A stretch of DNA of 64,000 bases from Ylistrum balloti (GCF_031769215.1 NW_026781985.1:62001-126000), one strand, 5' to 3'. Numbered from the stretch's first letter, positions 1-14,200 are shown. A program made the numbers and translations. The notes: generated by a model from the sequence alone, not told the origin.

Positions 1-161
1 GTTATGATTTTGTTGACGTGTTGGTGTTTTGTACTGTATCTGCGTCTATAATTTATATTACGTGTTAAATCAATTGAAACTATTAGTTGAACGAAATGAT
101 AAAGTGTGTATATTTCGTAGCATTGCGTTTTGTGTGTGTCTATTGGGGGAGGGAGGTGGCT

Positions 162-410
162 TTATACTACGCCTCGTTCACGTAGAACACTCATGTTAAT
201 GTCAGTTGCGTTCGTACTTCCTAGGCGTGGTAGCGTAATTGGCATATTTTCCCTATCAGTATGCCAAGTAGAGGTTTGAGAGCTAATATAAAATCTCCAA
301 ATAACAACATGTAGTAGTTTGTATACAATGGGATAGAAGATTAGGTACATAATATTTACTAGAGTGTTTAACTGGACTAACCATACTGGCGACATGGAGA
401 AGGCTTTCTC
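162..410 (-). CDS. Candidate terminal coding exon with one hydrophobic segment (EKAFSMSPVWLVQLNTLVNIMYLIFYPIVYKLLHVVIW...*)
   Basis: Pyrimidine-rich acceptor (ccactccttttcaatttag) directly in frame with an 82-codon ORF. Upstream exons were not found. Confidence 0.3.
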   Translation of the reverse strand, partial: EKAFSMSPVWLVQLNTLVNIMYLIFYPIVYKLLHVVIWRFYISSQTSTWHTDRENMPITLPRLGSTNATDINMSVLRERGVV

Positions 411-699
411 CTAAATTGAAAAGGAGTGGATTTGTATTCTCGAAGAAATATCTGTTCGTTCATCTAAGAGCGACAGGAGCAGTATTTGAATCGTCTTTTT
501 TTGACATTTATACTCGGATGTTAATCTCACTGACTAAACCACAGTGTCTATTTTTGGAGATTTTTTGGACAATAAAACAATATAGAAATTTGAAAAAAAA
601 ATTAAAAACATGAATAAATAAATCAATAGAATAAATTAATAAAATGAATAAATAAATGCATGCTATGCAATAAACATCTTCCAATCAAAGCCCACTTTT

Positions 700-1430
700 C
701 AAAGCAGTCGAGAAGGCACATATATAAAACATTCATACAAAGCTTAGACATAATTGCAGTTCCCTTAATTACGACTTATTTCGGATGAACCTTGTGGACA
801 CCCATAGTTGTGTATGTGGAAATATGTGTGAAAATGTCTTACACTTTTTCTTTGAATGCCATCGTTATAATGTTCACAGAAATGTCCTTTTCCAACGCTC
901 AAATGATATGAATTAACAAGTTCACTGTGACTTAGATCTGCTCCTTAATGGAAATGATCAACTGTCCCCTGAAACAAACTCTGAAATTTTTTTTACGAGT
1001 CCAACATTTCATAAAAAGTAGCAACAGGTTTTAAATCATGAAACTCTGTTATAATTTTACTTCCAATGACGTCACCGCTTCTACCCCCTACCCCCNNNNN
1101 NNNNNNNNNNNNNNNNNNNNNNNNNNNNNNNNNNNNNNNNNNNNNNNNNNNNNNNNNNNNNNNNNNNNNNNNNNNNNNNNNNNNNNNNNNNNNNNNNNNN
1201 NNNNNNNNNNNNNNNNNNNNNNNNNNNNNNNNNNNNNNNNNNNNNNNNNNNNNNNNNNNNNNNNNNNNNNNNNTATATTTAGCCAATATTTATGTAAATT
1301 ATTGATGACTTTATATTGTGATGTTTTTGTTTTTAATGTATTGATGAAAGGGAAACTATAAGTTGAAATAACTTGTGCCCGATCCTTTTGTAAATAATTT
1401 TCAATAAAATATATTTAATTCAAATTCAAT
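700..1430 (+). mobile_element. 3' end of a degenerate non-LTR retrotransposon (CR1/L2-like LINE): ORF2 C-terminus plus 3' UTR spanning the gap
   Basis: From 731 it translates IHTKLRHNCSSLNYDLFRMNLVDTHSCVCG..ENVLHFFFEC..Y...LLLNGN..LS.E.N..IF..VQHFIKSSNRF* (CCHC-type C-terminal motif), with an internal stop and a frameshift. An AATAAA and a short tail lie near 1400-1430. Confidence 0.8.
1096..1273. other. Assembly gap (178 N)
   Basis: Run of N. Confidence 1.
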
Positions 1431-3784
1431 ACATATATAAAAAAAATACCAGGAAATGTCATAATATATTGAAATATAAAAATAAATGAAATAGATGCAT
1501 ATAATTTCCAGAGAGAGTCGTATATATACCCCGACAAGTTTACGTTCTCATAAACAAAGGTGAAAATCGGATAAACGGAACCTTTGTTTGTACAGGCGGT
1601 AATCGATGCTTGAAAAAAACAATTTACGCATCTTTTGGCAAATTTACTAGATTTAGAAAGTTTCTGGGAAAGTTTTCACTTGACAATTATGAAAAATTAA
1701 TATTAAGACATGTTTAAGGGTTGGTATGTATTTAAAACACAGGATTGGGACATCGAAACAAATAAAAATTTATGAAAGTGGGTCCCGCTAAAAAGACAAA
1801 CTGATGTTATGCGAAATTCCTGAGGCCGCCCCTCAAAAAGACCGCGAGCAATTTGCATACTCGTCATAAACAGAAAAGGTACAGGAATAGCAGGTATGTT
1901 TACAGGCAAAGCAAGATGTCGCGTGTGCTACGCGCTTTGTTGACGTCATATCAAAGGTCCAATGCTGGTGTATAGTCATTGGAGGGCTTGTTTAGAGACG
2001 TTGATCAGACGTAGGCGGTTATAGTTAAAACCGGCCTATTTTCCGACTTATGTTCGGCAATCGATATCAACTTTGAGAGTGGGCAGTTCAGAATGAAGGT
2101 GTAATGAAATTACGGGGTTAGTGCACATTTCACTATACATATTTCATATTTAAACATACAACACCTATTCCGGCTGACTTCGATTTTCGGAACGCTTTTT
2201 CCAGATTTAAAAGCAATAGAACCCTTACATCACTGACAAGTTCCATTTGCACATTAAGTGCTACATCTGTTTTGTACATCCCCTGTCTAATCTCAGCCTC
2301 GTTTTGAACGATGTTATTCACCTGTGTGACGTATTTACAGCCGTTTAAGCCCTTAAATAAACAACGTCCTAACCTCGATTGACCTTTACTGCTGCCGAGG
2401 ACGTTAACCATTAACCAAAACAACTTCTCAGATACCTGACACGCATGACCTTGGACGTCCGGCAAATACAAACTTCTGACCGACCAAAAAACAACTTCCA
2501 ATGCCACTCACCTCAAATGACCATGGCCGTTGCGAGTTCGTGAATTCTTGGCCAAAACAAGTTCCTAGTGACCTTGAACGATGTTAGGTGTTGCCACATG
2601 TCCAATCTGAACAAACTAAGAAAGACCATTAACTCTGTCCATCCTTAATTGATGTTTCCTGTTGAGAGGATACTTATTGTTTACATAACGACCTTTTTCT
2701 AGAAATATAGGAACATCCACATTGTATACTCTGATTTTTTTCATACCAAATTGTACCTGTTATATGTTAAATGTATGACGGGCCTTCTGTATGTTGTTCA
2801 GATAAGACGTCACCAGCGTGAACACGCGTGTATCGAGACACTGCTTGCTCAAACAATCACGACCAGAAGGCTCGATCGATCTAATCACGGACCCAACCAA
2901 CTATGTAAATTTACGAGTATGATTTTTAATAAAATCTTTGTGGTATCTGAAACAGAAAGCATTGAATTTATTTACCATTTTAGTTCATTTTGAACACAAT
3001 CTGTCGTTCGACTGTAAGGTAGAAATCAATAGCATGAAGACAGTGATCACGTGTTTACAGTTGTACAATATAGCTTCTGCTATGTATTATTGAATAGGTA
3101 GAGTATTTATTCGCTCTAAAACACCATTTAATTTTTTTTAATTAAGTGGCATATTCATATCTTTTTAAACTACAAAAGTAGCGTCTTATGGTACGTATAC
3201 AATGCTTAATTTATGAATAAGATAAGAGAAAGTAGGTAACTTATTCACTTTTTCACACCTATTTCCTGTATTGATTAATATGTTTAAGCGATTGATCTAG
3301 CCGTGAGTGGGCGACATAAGAGATCTCTATCCCTAACCATCACAATATCATTGAAGTGTTGTAGAAACAAGCGACGACCTTTCAATAGGTACCCCTGCAA
3401 CAGTTCGTGCTAGTCTGTGAAAAGGTCAGCTGACATTGTCGTCTCATGTTCTCTTATAATGTAAACCAAACACACTCTTGTGCCCTATCAGATCAGTCAT
3501 ATAAAACGATTACCTGTCTGCCATATATATCGATAACTCCAGGTAAGGGTTACATTTCTTACTCGTGTATTGGGGTATCAAATTTTGACTTTACAAGAAA
3601 AAGAGTTATATTGTTTGGAGCCTTACGTGGTAGAAACGATTCCTGATCAAACAGAAATAAATTCATGGAAGTGTCTTATTTGAATCTAGATACTGATTTA
3701 TCATTCTTCTATCATTTATTTCTAAAAGGGATCATAATGTATGATGATTATGATCGTCAAGTCATGAATGTTGATTTTGTTTGT

Positions 3785-3818
3785 ATAATGATGATGATGA
3801 TGATAATGATGATGATGA
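3785..3818. repeat. (ATG)n microsatellite
   Basis: Direct reading. Confidence 0.9.
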
Positions 3819-5167
3819 TCGTTTCCATTGGCTGTTCCAGTCAGAAATCAATTATGATTTGACAATATGGACAATGACGTTACGTCATAATTTGAAAATA
3901 GCGCAGCGAAATGTCTGCCTCCGTTTGAAAAACCTGTAATCCACCACTCTCTAACAGAGTTGTCGTTCTTTGACAGTCACACTACATCTCTGTAGGCTCA
4001 CGGACTATCAATAGTTGACCTCGCGACCAAGGTCAAAGTTTGATGTGGTGCACAACAAATGCGGCATCCCTGACAGCACCAACGAAGTAACAGTATATCA
4101 TCATGTATCTAAAGAAGACGTCGTTATATTATATGAAAAGTAAAAGTACAAAATTTAAACGCGACTGTTGGTGATTGGTTACTCAAATTTGACCTTCCGA
4201 GATATAATACATTACGTTTTAACAATATGAATTAATGTAGTCATTTTCCAGATCAAGAGACATCTAATTTCAAAATAACAATACAAATAACAAAACAGGA
4301 AAATGATGAAATACTTTATTTTGAACTCAAATATGTTTTTCAAGAATCTTGAAATGGCCGGAGCCGTTTACAGAGGTGTTATTGGGGTACCGCAATGCAC
4401 TCTGGGAGAGATTGTCACAGAGGTCGAAAGGGACAAGTGTGAATTTGTGTATAATGATACAAGAGCGAAAATATCCCGTGTAGACTTCCAAACAATTAAA
4501 AACTTGTATTTCATTTAAGATTTTTCCACAATTACATATATTTCAACGGTTTGGCACACTTTATGATAAATATGAACAGGACAAAAAAGTATTCCAGAGA
4601 AACAGACGAATTATGACAAAATTATCAATGACAAAATACCACGTGAAACACCAGAAAAAATTATTCCGAGAAAAAAACGTGAAAATCTTTCCGTATCGTG
4701 TTTCGTGTCATTTTAAATGTCAACGCGGGGGAGTTGGACTGTACGAGTGACGGCCCAGGGTAATTAATACCCAGAGTGGCACGAGTCTGCAAACAACCAC
4801 TACAGAGATAATATTGACATTTTTGCGAAGATCGGTAGTTCCAACTCTGGCATTTGATTTAAGTAATGTTTGGTTGCTCATAGCAAACATTTTGATAATT
4901 ACGTTATGGCCACAATAGTAATCATAACGATATTAATACTGGTTCGTTTGACATTTACAAAGTGGTTGACAAGGAAGCATTTAAGATGTGGCAGTTTTCT
5001 GAATAATGGAAAACATTCTACCTAGTACTGCACGCATTTTAATACATAGCTCAATTCAAGGTCGAAATGAATGTAAACTTTCAATGAAAAAAAACACACA
5101 TTTTTGACAAATCACATTATAGCTTGAAATCTTGTATCCGCGCAAGTACACAATGTTAAAAGGCAAT

Positions 5168-5219
5168 GTTTGTTCGTTTGTTCGTTTGTTTGTTTGTTTG
5201 TTTGTTTGTTTGTTTGTTT
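5168..5219. repeat. (TTTG)n microsatellite
   Basis: Direct reading. Confidence 0.9.
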
Positions 5220-5716
5220 ACGTTATCGAAAGACATTGTCCTATGAAGATGTCATTATCACAACCTATTTAACGTTTTAATTGATTAATTAGTATTCATG
5301 GACATGGGAAGGGTGAACGGACTCAATGTATAAATGATATTATGAATATCTCCGTTCAACACACTTGGGCAATTCCATACAGTCAAATTATGCATTAAAC
5401 TGCATCATACAATCATTTGTCCTTCAATCATGCATTGAAGAATTGGAGAAGCCTGAGAAAATCAAAATTGATCGAGAAAGAAAGGTCAGATCTTAATGGG
5501 GATATCACTAACCAACAATTCAATAAATTTAATCATTTTCATATGTCTGATAAGTTCACCAGGACGTCAAATATTGAACAAAATATCTCCCTAGGAACAG
5601 ATTATTTTTTGTGTTGGTGGCCATCATGATTTCGTTGTGATATTTTTGTGTTCCTTTATGCGATAAGATTCTCCTTAGTTTGTCGGTTTGGCTTTGATGA
5701 CGTCATCCCAATATTT

Positions 5717-5915
5717 ATTTACTTTGTCTCTTGGTTGTGATAATGTTATCTCGGCACTATTTTTGAGGACTTGACATGAGTCCATTTACTTTGTACCTTG
5801 GTTGTGATGATGTTTTCCCGGCACTTATCTTGAGGACGTGGCATTATTATATTTAGTTTTTCTCTTGGTTGTAATATGTTATCCCGACACTTATTTTGAG
5901 GAAGTGGAATATTTT
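5717..5915. repeat. 67-bp tandem repeat, 3 diverged copies
   Basis: attta(c/g)ttt..cttggttgt..cacttattttgagga starts at 5717, 5784 and 5851. Confidence 0.8.
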
Positions 5916-6188
5916 GCTTGTTCGTTTGATGGGTTTATCGCACTGTCAACAGACAGGGTCTCGATGTAGTAGCGGTTACTACCTAAATGAATAAGATAAG
6001 GGAGCAAATTGAGTCAGGTGTCTCCCCAAAGTAAAATTCAACAAAATACAACAGATATATCAAAAGAAATATGATTTAAAGATATTCTGGTGAAAATGAA
6101 AAGAGTGATAATTTATACGATATGGTGTTTACAAATGAATCACTTGAAATATATATATATACACACATACATAAGTGTATATACATAT

Positions 6189-6354
6189 GTATATATTGAA
6201 AATCAAAACATTAACATGGCATGTAAAATCGTATGAAATCGCTAACGTTTTCCGGCCTGGTGGCCGTCTTCAGGCGTTTCCACAAGGCCGGAAAACGTTA
6301 GCCATTTCATACGATTTTACTTGCCATGTTAATGTTTTGATTTTCTATATATAC
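6189..6354. mobile_element. Short foldback element (~75-bp arms, 16-bp loop), probably an inverted Penelope-like element terminal remnant, set in (AT)n-rich flanks
   Basis: Arms ~6189-6263 and ~6280-6354 are reverse complements with few mismatches. The element contains the hammerhead, and hammerheads and inverted terminal duplications are known features of Penelope-like elements. Confidence 0.6.
6235..6280 (-). ncRNA. Minimal type-I hammerhead ribozyme (Penelope-like-element type, palindromic stem III)
   Basis: The minus strand reads GAAACGC-CUGAAGA-CGGCC(ACCA)GGCCG-GAAA-ACGU-UA-GCG(A)UUUC. This gives an intact CUGANGA/GAAA core, a 5-bp stem II, a self-complementary AACGUU stem III, a UUA cleavage triplet, and stem I GAAACGC pairing with GCG.UUUC. 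Confidence 0.75.
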
Positions 6355-7873
6355 GATACACCAAGCTTTTATCTTTTTTTAGTTATATATCTATATGAGT
6401 GTGTGTATGTATACATATAGTTTAATAGACGGAGACTTCGATTTGAATTACCATATTTCAATATATATTTCTTCCATTATGTATTTAGTTACTTTGATTT
6501 AGAAAACACATGTTTACTCTTTACACATGAATGATAGGTATGAGACGTGATCGATCTTCAGAGTGCGCGGAGATGTGTATGGTGCAATAGATGGCTTCAG
6601 ATCGAGTTGTAAACGTGCTGGAATTTACGTCCCCAAAAGGGCACGTCGCGTGTCAGGCTGAATAGTTCTCCTACAATGAATTTCCGGTCAATGCACGTGA
6701 CAACTGACACTACACAGCTGCTAATCTACACCAGGCATGTATTGTGTGACGTAATCTGTGGATAATTTGTTTTAATGACGTTTGTAAGACCATCCCTGAA
6801 ATTAGAGACCGACAATCTTGTGTAATACAAAATCGTAAATTTATTCAGCAGAGATAATCGTATTCTTAACAGTATTCTTTATATATTCTAACTCTGCAAA
6901 TTGTCAAACTTTATTTCACAACATTTGAGGAACACGTGTGACAATTTACGTTAGCAAATGTGATATGGCGAAATTCAGGAGTGTTAAAAAAAAACTCAGA
7001 TAGACGGATAGTTGACAATAGATAGGTGTGAATGTTCAAGTGCGGAATGGAACCGGAGCTTTGTTTAAGACGAAGATACATTTATTAATAAGATTTAAAG
7101 AGCAGTTTTAACGCTAGATATAACATGTCAGCATTCAAGAAAAAAGAAAAAACCAAAAAAGCAAAACAAAAGGACAATTAAACGCAGAAATAGGAAAATT
7201 ATAATTATATAATTATAATACACAAAACGTATGTAGAAATTCATCACAAAATAATATCGGTATTTTTCGAGCGTCGAAAAACTGGGTTACCAATATATTT
7301 TTTTAGATAGAGTTAGGTCAAGGTCGGTGTTATTGTTTCTTTTCATGCTAGAAATATCTACAACAGAGGATAAAAAAACTGTGGGCTAATTCATAACATA
7401 ACATCTTAAATGGAATTCATTCATTATTTCTCTATATCAATTACAAGATGAAAATGATCGTTATTTATTGATGGAAAATTCACAGTCAAAGGGCCGACTT
7501 TACATATCCGTATGGCTGATCACGTGCTGGTCTAATTATAGACTCTCAGTTGTACATGCCTTGTTAAGATATAATGAAGTTGTTAACAATGTCATCCCAA
7601 TATTACATAACTGTAATTTTCTTGTCGTTATAATTATACACGGTCATTCCTGATCAAATAATGTAGCGTTTCACTCTTGATAGAAACTTTATGTCAGATA
7701 AAAACGTCTCCCTATCGTGTAATTTTCGGCTCCGTTGGCTGTCAAGCTTATCGCGAAGTGAAAGGGAAGTAACTCTGACATGTAAGAATCGTAGTATAAA
7801 AAAAGTCAGACAATAAACTCGTTTGTTAAAACAAACATATCCATATATTCCATTGTCGTGTAATTAGCCGCTT

Positions 7874-8235
7874 CCTTTATTTTTACCCTCAGACCTATAT
7901 TATATTGCCTTTTAACAAATACATTCCCTTATTAGCCCCTTCGGGCAAATATTCCGTTACCCTTTAACAAGTCCATTCCCTTATTTGCCCCTTCGGGCAT
8001 GTATTCCATTGCCCTTTAACAAGTTCATCCCCTTATTTGCCCATTTGTGCATATTTTCCATCGCCCTTTAGCAAGCCCATTCCCTTATTTTCTCCCTCAG
8101 GCCTATATACTATGGCCCTTTAACAAAAACATCCACTTATTTGCCCCTTCGGACATATATTCGATTGCACTTTAACAATCCCATTCCCTAATTTTCTCCC
8201 TCAGGCCTATATTTCATTGCCCGGTAATAAGTCCA
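7874..8235. repeat. 52-bp minisatellite, ~7 diverged copies
   Basis: cccttatt recurs at 7926, 7978, 8030 and 8082, with variants at 8133 and 8186. Confidence 0.85.
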
Positions 8236-11200
8236 TCATCTTAACATTTTTTTCTTACTAAGCTTATAAATACGGGTTGTTTGATAGAAAACGAATGTGA
8301 TTGGACAGACACTTACTTTCCTGACCGTTTGTTGTGATTTGAATGTATAGTTTGGGTGTTATTGTTACAACTTGGTGTATTTATACTGAAAATCAATGCA
8401 CACCAAAGTTCGGAGTGATAGCTAGTATCGGTTGTTTACTATATCAATTTTACTGATTGCGTCTGCGTCGTCTGTGCTTTTCCAAGGTGTCTGAACCCAT
8501 TTTTTTTACAGTACAAAGGATATGATTCGAAGATAATGCTTTGTGACCATTAATGCATGATTTGTTAATTTAATATTTTTTTTTCAGATATTTCACTTCT
8601 TTAAAACGTGCATTAATTTTGTAACAACATTGATATTTTCCCATTTATCAAAGTATTTAACCGAAGTTTTGTGTTGCCATGTTGAAGTGAAGTGCCTGCC
8701 GTTGAAGTAAATATATTATAGAACGTCTATGTTTTCTTTGAATTATGCATTTTTCTCTACACAATCCACAGAACATACATCTGTTTAAATGCTGGTTCAT
8801 GCATGTACATTGATGAAGGCCAATTTAAGTCAATGAAAGTAGTTTTAATCCGACATAGCTTTCCAAATTCCTAGCAGGCAACAAGAGTTATCTCCCTTCG
8901 TCACGACCTAACTATTGAAAGTAGCTGGGCTCAATCCTGTGGACCGTATTTATTTATTTATTCATTTGGTTTTTTTTTAAATTACAGAGGACTAAGTTAT
9001 GGAAGATTTTTTTTTCTTCTGACATGTTAAAGTATTGGTATAAACGATAATTTAGTGAAATTTTAATTTTCTTCTATATATGATTTGAGTAAAATTACAT
9101 GTAAATAATTTATGTGTACGTATTATGGTATATTTAGTGTTTTAATCAAAAAATCAGAAATGCATTTAGTTGATATCGCGAATGTGTTTTTCACCAAAAA
9201 ATTCTTTGTTGTTGGGAACAATTGAAAGAGTCCTATATTTGTTTTAAAAGGAGTTTATTCACATCTCTGTATACAGCGAAATGTCTACAGATTTATAATA
9301 CTGCTTTGTGACATCGTATCAATATCACAGCTGGCAAATACTAGCTAAATAAAATCTGTTTACAAAAACAATGTTCGGTGGATACAAATATCATTGGACT
9401 TTGAATAAAATCAAACCAAGCAGTTCGTTATTCTTAAGGCACGAAAATGAAAAACCTAAAACTTCTGTAAGATATACACATGTCAGAATTTTTTATTAAA
9501 AATTATAAAATGATGGTGTTCTGATTTATTTTTATATAGTGTAAAAATTATCTCGTATTTGTAACTAACAATCACATAACTTTTTGACACATTAACGTAC
9601 TATTCAGGTATCTAGCCAATAAGAAAAATTAGACTGTATTTGAAAAATATCTGAAACTATTATCTACTCCTGACATACGTTTTGAACTACCTTTCTCTCG
9701 CCTGCAGATTGTTTGCTAATCTTCTGCATTACAACATATTTGTAGCGAAACAAATTTACGATCCTAAAATATTTGTTATTTACTCCATCTTAATTCGCTG
9801 TGATCAGTTTTTGCAAATGTGTTTCGATCGCCAAATCAAGCAAAAATTGATCACACGGGAAAAATAAAACTTAAGTATTAGAATCACAAATTCACACCAG
9901 GGGAGGGAAGTGGAGCATGAAAATGTGCAATGGTAACAGCAAGGAGAATTTCAGGCAATCTTCGGAAATGAACAGATTTCCGAAAATTACCGGAAATTTC
10001 CCCATGATATTACTATTGCGAAATATGAAGTTATAACTCTCTTAATTTATTCCATTTGTTTTCACAAACGCATTGAAATTATTCCACAAACACACATTTT
10101 ATGCCAATGACATCATCGACTATTTCATATCGCAGAATTCAGGAAAATGAACACGTACATTTCATAGACTCAAGGACTTAGCATCCAATAGGCGTTAGAG
10201 ACACTGAAAGCTCCAAATAATATCGACTTGCTATTAAAGATTTTCCCATGCATCAATGTAGCACCGAAATCAATTAATGGGGACATAACTCGACTACCTA
10301 CAAAAACTTAACTTTCCAATTACAAAGAGTGGAGGTTGTGATACACGATTACTACATATTATAAATTTGTCTTTCATGTTTAAATATATAAATGAAAACT
10401 TTGAATACACGTCTGAAAAACTCTGTGTAAAAATATAAACAACAACATTGCTCTGTCTAAGTTATTGTTATGGAACAATGATTTCGGAGAAAAAAAATAA
10501 AATGTTGTTTCTAGTAAGCAAATTTAGCGCACCGGAAATGCATCACGAACATCCGGAAATACAACACAATTACCGGATGTGGGATATCTTATTTCTAACT
10601 GAAAAAGCATTCATTTAAAGTTTTTAATTGAAATTTCAGTGAGATTAAACTAATATAGAAGAAGCGTTTTGTTTTTTTAACGAATTCTTTTTTAAAGTTT
10701 CTTCTTATCGTAAAACAATTAAAACACATCATTTTAATAAATGTAAAATGTTGCTTGACGAAATACATAATTTAGTTTCAATAATAAAATCAAATCTCTG
10801 TTTAATATATATATCTGGGACTACAACTTCTTCATTCTACCTCGGGACCTTATTTGAATTCGCTGCATTACACTTCATACTATGCATGTCCATTTGCATA
10901 ATTTCATTTCTTTAACCAACTTCTCCTTATAAACATTGTTGGTGATTTTTCCTTCATCAATTTCTCAGGTCATAATCAAACGCAGGGAAAATACACATTA
11001 AAAAGATACTTAACGCATGTAAAGCCTGTTGGTACTGGCGATTTGCGTCCAAATGTCCCGAAGGTGAATACTATTATATGTGACGTCATTTGACTTGAGA
11101 TTTCATCCATAAAAAATGCCATGGCTTCGTAGTACAATGTTTCAGTGGATTAATTCACTATTCTATCATGAAGTTCGTTGCAATAAGATCATCAATCAGA

Positions 11201-11238
11201 TCTATGTCATGAATTCCATTCACATTTTCACCACTTGG

Positions 11239-14200
11239 TTACGGGCTAGCAAGATCATCTGGATTAGCAGTGACGTCATGATGATCATCCTCATCATCAT
11301 TCTCTGTTTCATTACCACCGTCAGCATCGTATGCAACGTCATAATTCACGCTTTCATCAACACTGTAGTCAGTCATATTGTCGGTGTCATAATCGTACTG
11401 AATGACGTCATTTTCATCGTCTGGCTGAGTGACGTCATTTTCATCGTATTGCTGAGTGACGTCATCGTACACAGAGTTATACGCAAACATATCAACTGCG
11501 TCAGCATAAGAAGGCGGCAAGTCTCCATCTTTTAACTCAGATTCGTAAGGAGGTGAATAAGGTGGAGGTAAATCATGTACCATTCTGCTGACGTCATTTC
11601 CGCTAACTCCTTCGCCCACCCAGTCTGGATTGTGAGAATGGCCAATCACAAAAGCTGTTCTTCCTGCAAAACAGAAGGCAAGTATAAGTGACACAGGTTA
11701 GTTATCTAGCTTTAGCAGTCATACTTTCGAAGTCCATAGGTCCAGCCCTCGAATACTTTTCATATTTTTTCCACTTACAGAATATGCCATGGACGGAGAG
11801 TTAAGCATAATTTCCTTTAAAAGGTTCAGAAAAGGTTATTTTGTGTAAGCATTTGTTTGTCTCTGTAAACATATATGCATAAATTCCGTAAAGCGTCATT
11901 CTGATACACAAATGCATACACTGATCATAATCATACCTTGTCTTCGGTTTTCCCGCCGCGAGGCGCTCGCCAACTCCTGTCTCCTACGGCGCATGTGCGA
12001 TGTGAAACAAAAGAGGGATATGATGAAGGCAATGACTACAACGGATCCAACAATTGGTCCAACGACGCCTCCGGCCTTGGTAGCCCGGTAGTATTCACTC
12101 TCATACTCTGACCAGGCTGCCCACTCTGACGTCACAAAGGAAAGGAAATAAATATAGAATTACGAGTTTGTTTAAATGCTACGTTCACAAAAGTTGAAGA
12201 AATTGGCATCAAATGCCATTAATCAATGTAATGTCCTGCCTTTTACAAGTAAGCATGGTTGATGTGGGATAGGAAGCTAAGCTAGTGATTTGTTACTCCA
12301 CATGTTGACGGAAGTAGTCGACACAAACTGATGTGGAATTAATGAGTTTGATATCATCTATTTTACAACAGGATCGTTTCTATATAAAGTGCCAATTTTG
12401 CTGTGTAGCTTACAAATTTTATAATACAATCTTTCAATCCCATACAACTCATTCATATGTATTCAAATATGATACAACCCTGTACAAGTACATATATAAT
12501 ACATTGTGAGTGTCTTTAAATAGAACGACAAATGAGGCCAGCCACATTTTTTTTCCTTTCTGTCCGAAAGCAATATTGCAGCTTACATTTCGAGAAATTA
12601 ACATGTATTCTATTTATCTTGCAATATTGAAAAAGCGGACAAACAAAACTTGCAACAGCTTCTTTGTTCAATTATTGTAACTTAACGTTGACTTTACGCT
12701 GAATCTTGTCGGATGTTAAAATTATTGGTCCGCGCGGAAATATAGTTCCAAACTCCAAGACCCGTCTCAGGGTAACTTAAGCAACTGAGCGACTGGGATG
12801 TTTACCGTTTCTTGAGAAATACAAACTGCCCCAGGCAATGATCCCACACCACACATCTCTTAACCTGAGGTTGAAATATCTGTTGGTCTTCTGACATCTA
12901 CTAAGGTCACTGCTCAATTTGTTTATATTTTTTATGACTTATAGAAGAAAAACGGTAGTTCCAAATTCTTAAAAAAATATCCTATCCTCATCTGTAACTT
13001 TCATTTTTGATTCCAAAAGAAAAAAATCTGAATCCGTAAAAGTTTTGAAAAGTCTGCTCCAACATCGTTGTGCATTAAACAGAAATTTAAAATTGATAAC
13101 ACAGGAATTGTCTGATAAAGTCATCCGATTATATCAAACAATTCAAAACTCTTCTACCTCATCTTACTATCCCTAAAAATATTAAATCATTTTTTAAGTA
13201 CGGGCATAGAAAAGTAAATATAATTTTCTAAGCCTATCTTTCACTAAAAAATATGAAAAGTTCTCAGGCTATTGCGTGCCTTTCTTAATTTGTATATTTT
13301 AATTTGTTATGGAAAGGGCGTGAGTAAGTTGTTATAACTTTTGTCCAATCCTGTTGTATTTTGTTCGCAACAAAGTTGATTTAAATTAAAAACTAACACA
13401 GGAAGGAAAAACAAAACAAAAAATGAGAAATTAATTACGTAAAAAAAGTGTTTTCTAATCACTTTTTAGTCTATTACATAAGATTCTATTTTTTACGAGT
13501 TACCTGTTGTTGGTTGTGTGGCAACCGTCGTGAAATTGAACCAGTCCATTTCTATAAGTGATATACAGTAGCCCCCGTATAGAGATGTTCATTGTGCCAT
13601 GGAACAGGGTAATTTCTTTCCATGTAAAAGATTGTGCGTCTACATTTTTCACACTCTGGAAAAAGACATCAGCATTGATTTCATTCATGAAAAGAAAACA
13701 ATTGTGATGGAAAAACAAAATAAAATATAATTCTAAGTTGAAATATGACAAATATTTATTTAAGCTTCTGTAGAATTTTATTTTCACCGATGCCGAGTTC
13801 GTGAGACAAATAAACATTGATTTAACCAATTTGCTTTGAAATCTCGAATTAATCAAACAGCTTTAGAGAAGAGGTGAATTACAAAATGTACGAGATATAT
13901 CATGGTAGAGTAATGTTCATCACGGTAGAGGAGAGATGTATCATGGTAGTGTAATGTTCATCACGGTAGAGGAGAGACGTATCATGGTAGAGTAATGTTC
14001 ATCACGGTAGAGGAGAGATGTATCATGGTAGAGTAATGTTCATCACGGTAGAGGAGAGATGTATCATGGTAGTGTAATGTTCATCACGGTAGAGGAGAGA
14101 TGTATCATGGTAGAGTAATGTTCATCACGGTAGAGGAGAGATGTATCATGGTAGTGTAATGTTCATCACGGTAGAGGAGAGATGTATCATGGTAGAGTAA

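Noticed and set aside
993-1361. Three ORFs in the ORF track
   Set aside because: They are open only because they run through the N gap.
2133-2507. 124-aa minus-strand ORF and nearby splice-like signals (gtgagt near 2510)
   Set aside because: No recognisable domain. The adjacent putative exon has stops in all frames, and I could not build a consistent gene model.
4303-4518. 71-aa ORF with a possible acceptor, and a strong donor at ~3543
   Set aside because: The phases of the candidate donor and acceptor do not match, and there is no recognisable homology.
9945-10580. kappaB-like site (9992-10002) and several CCGGAAAT ETS-like sites
   Set aside because: These are short motifs with no linked TSS, so they cannot be distinguished from chance without chromatin data.
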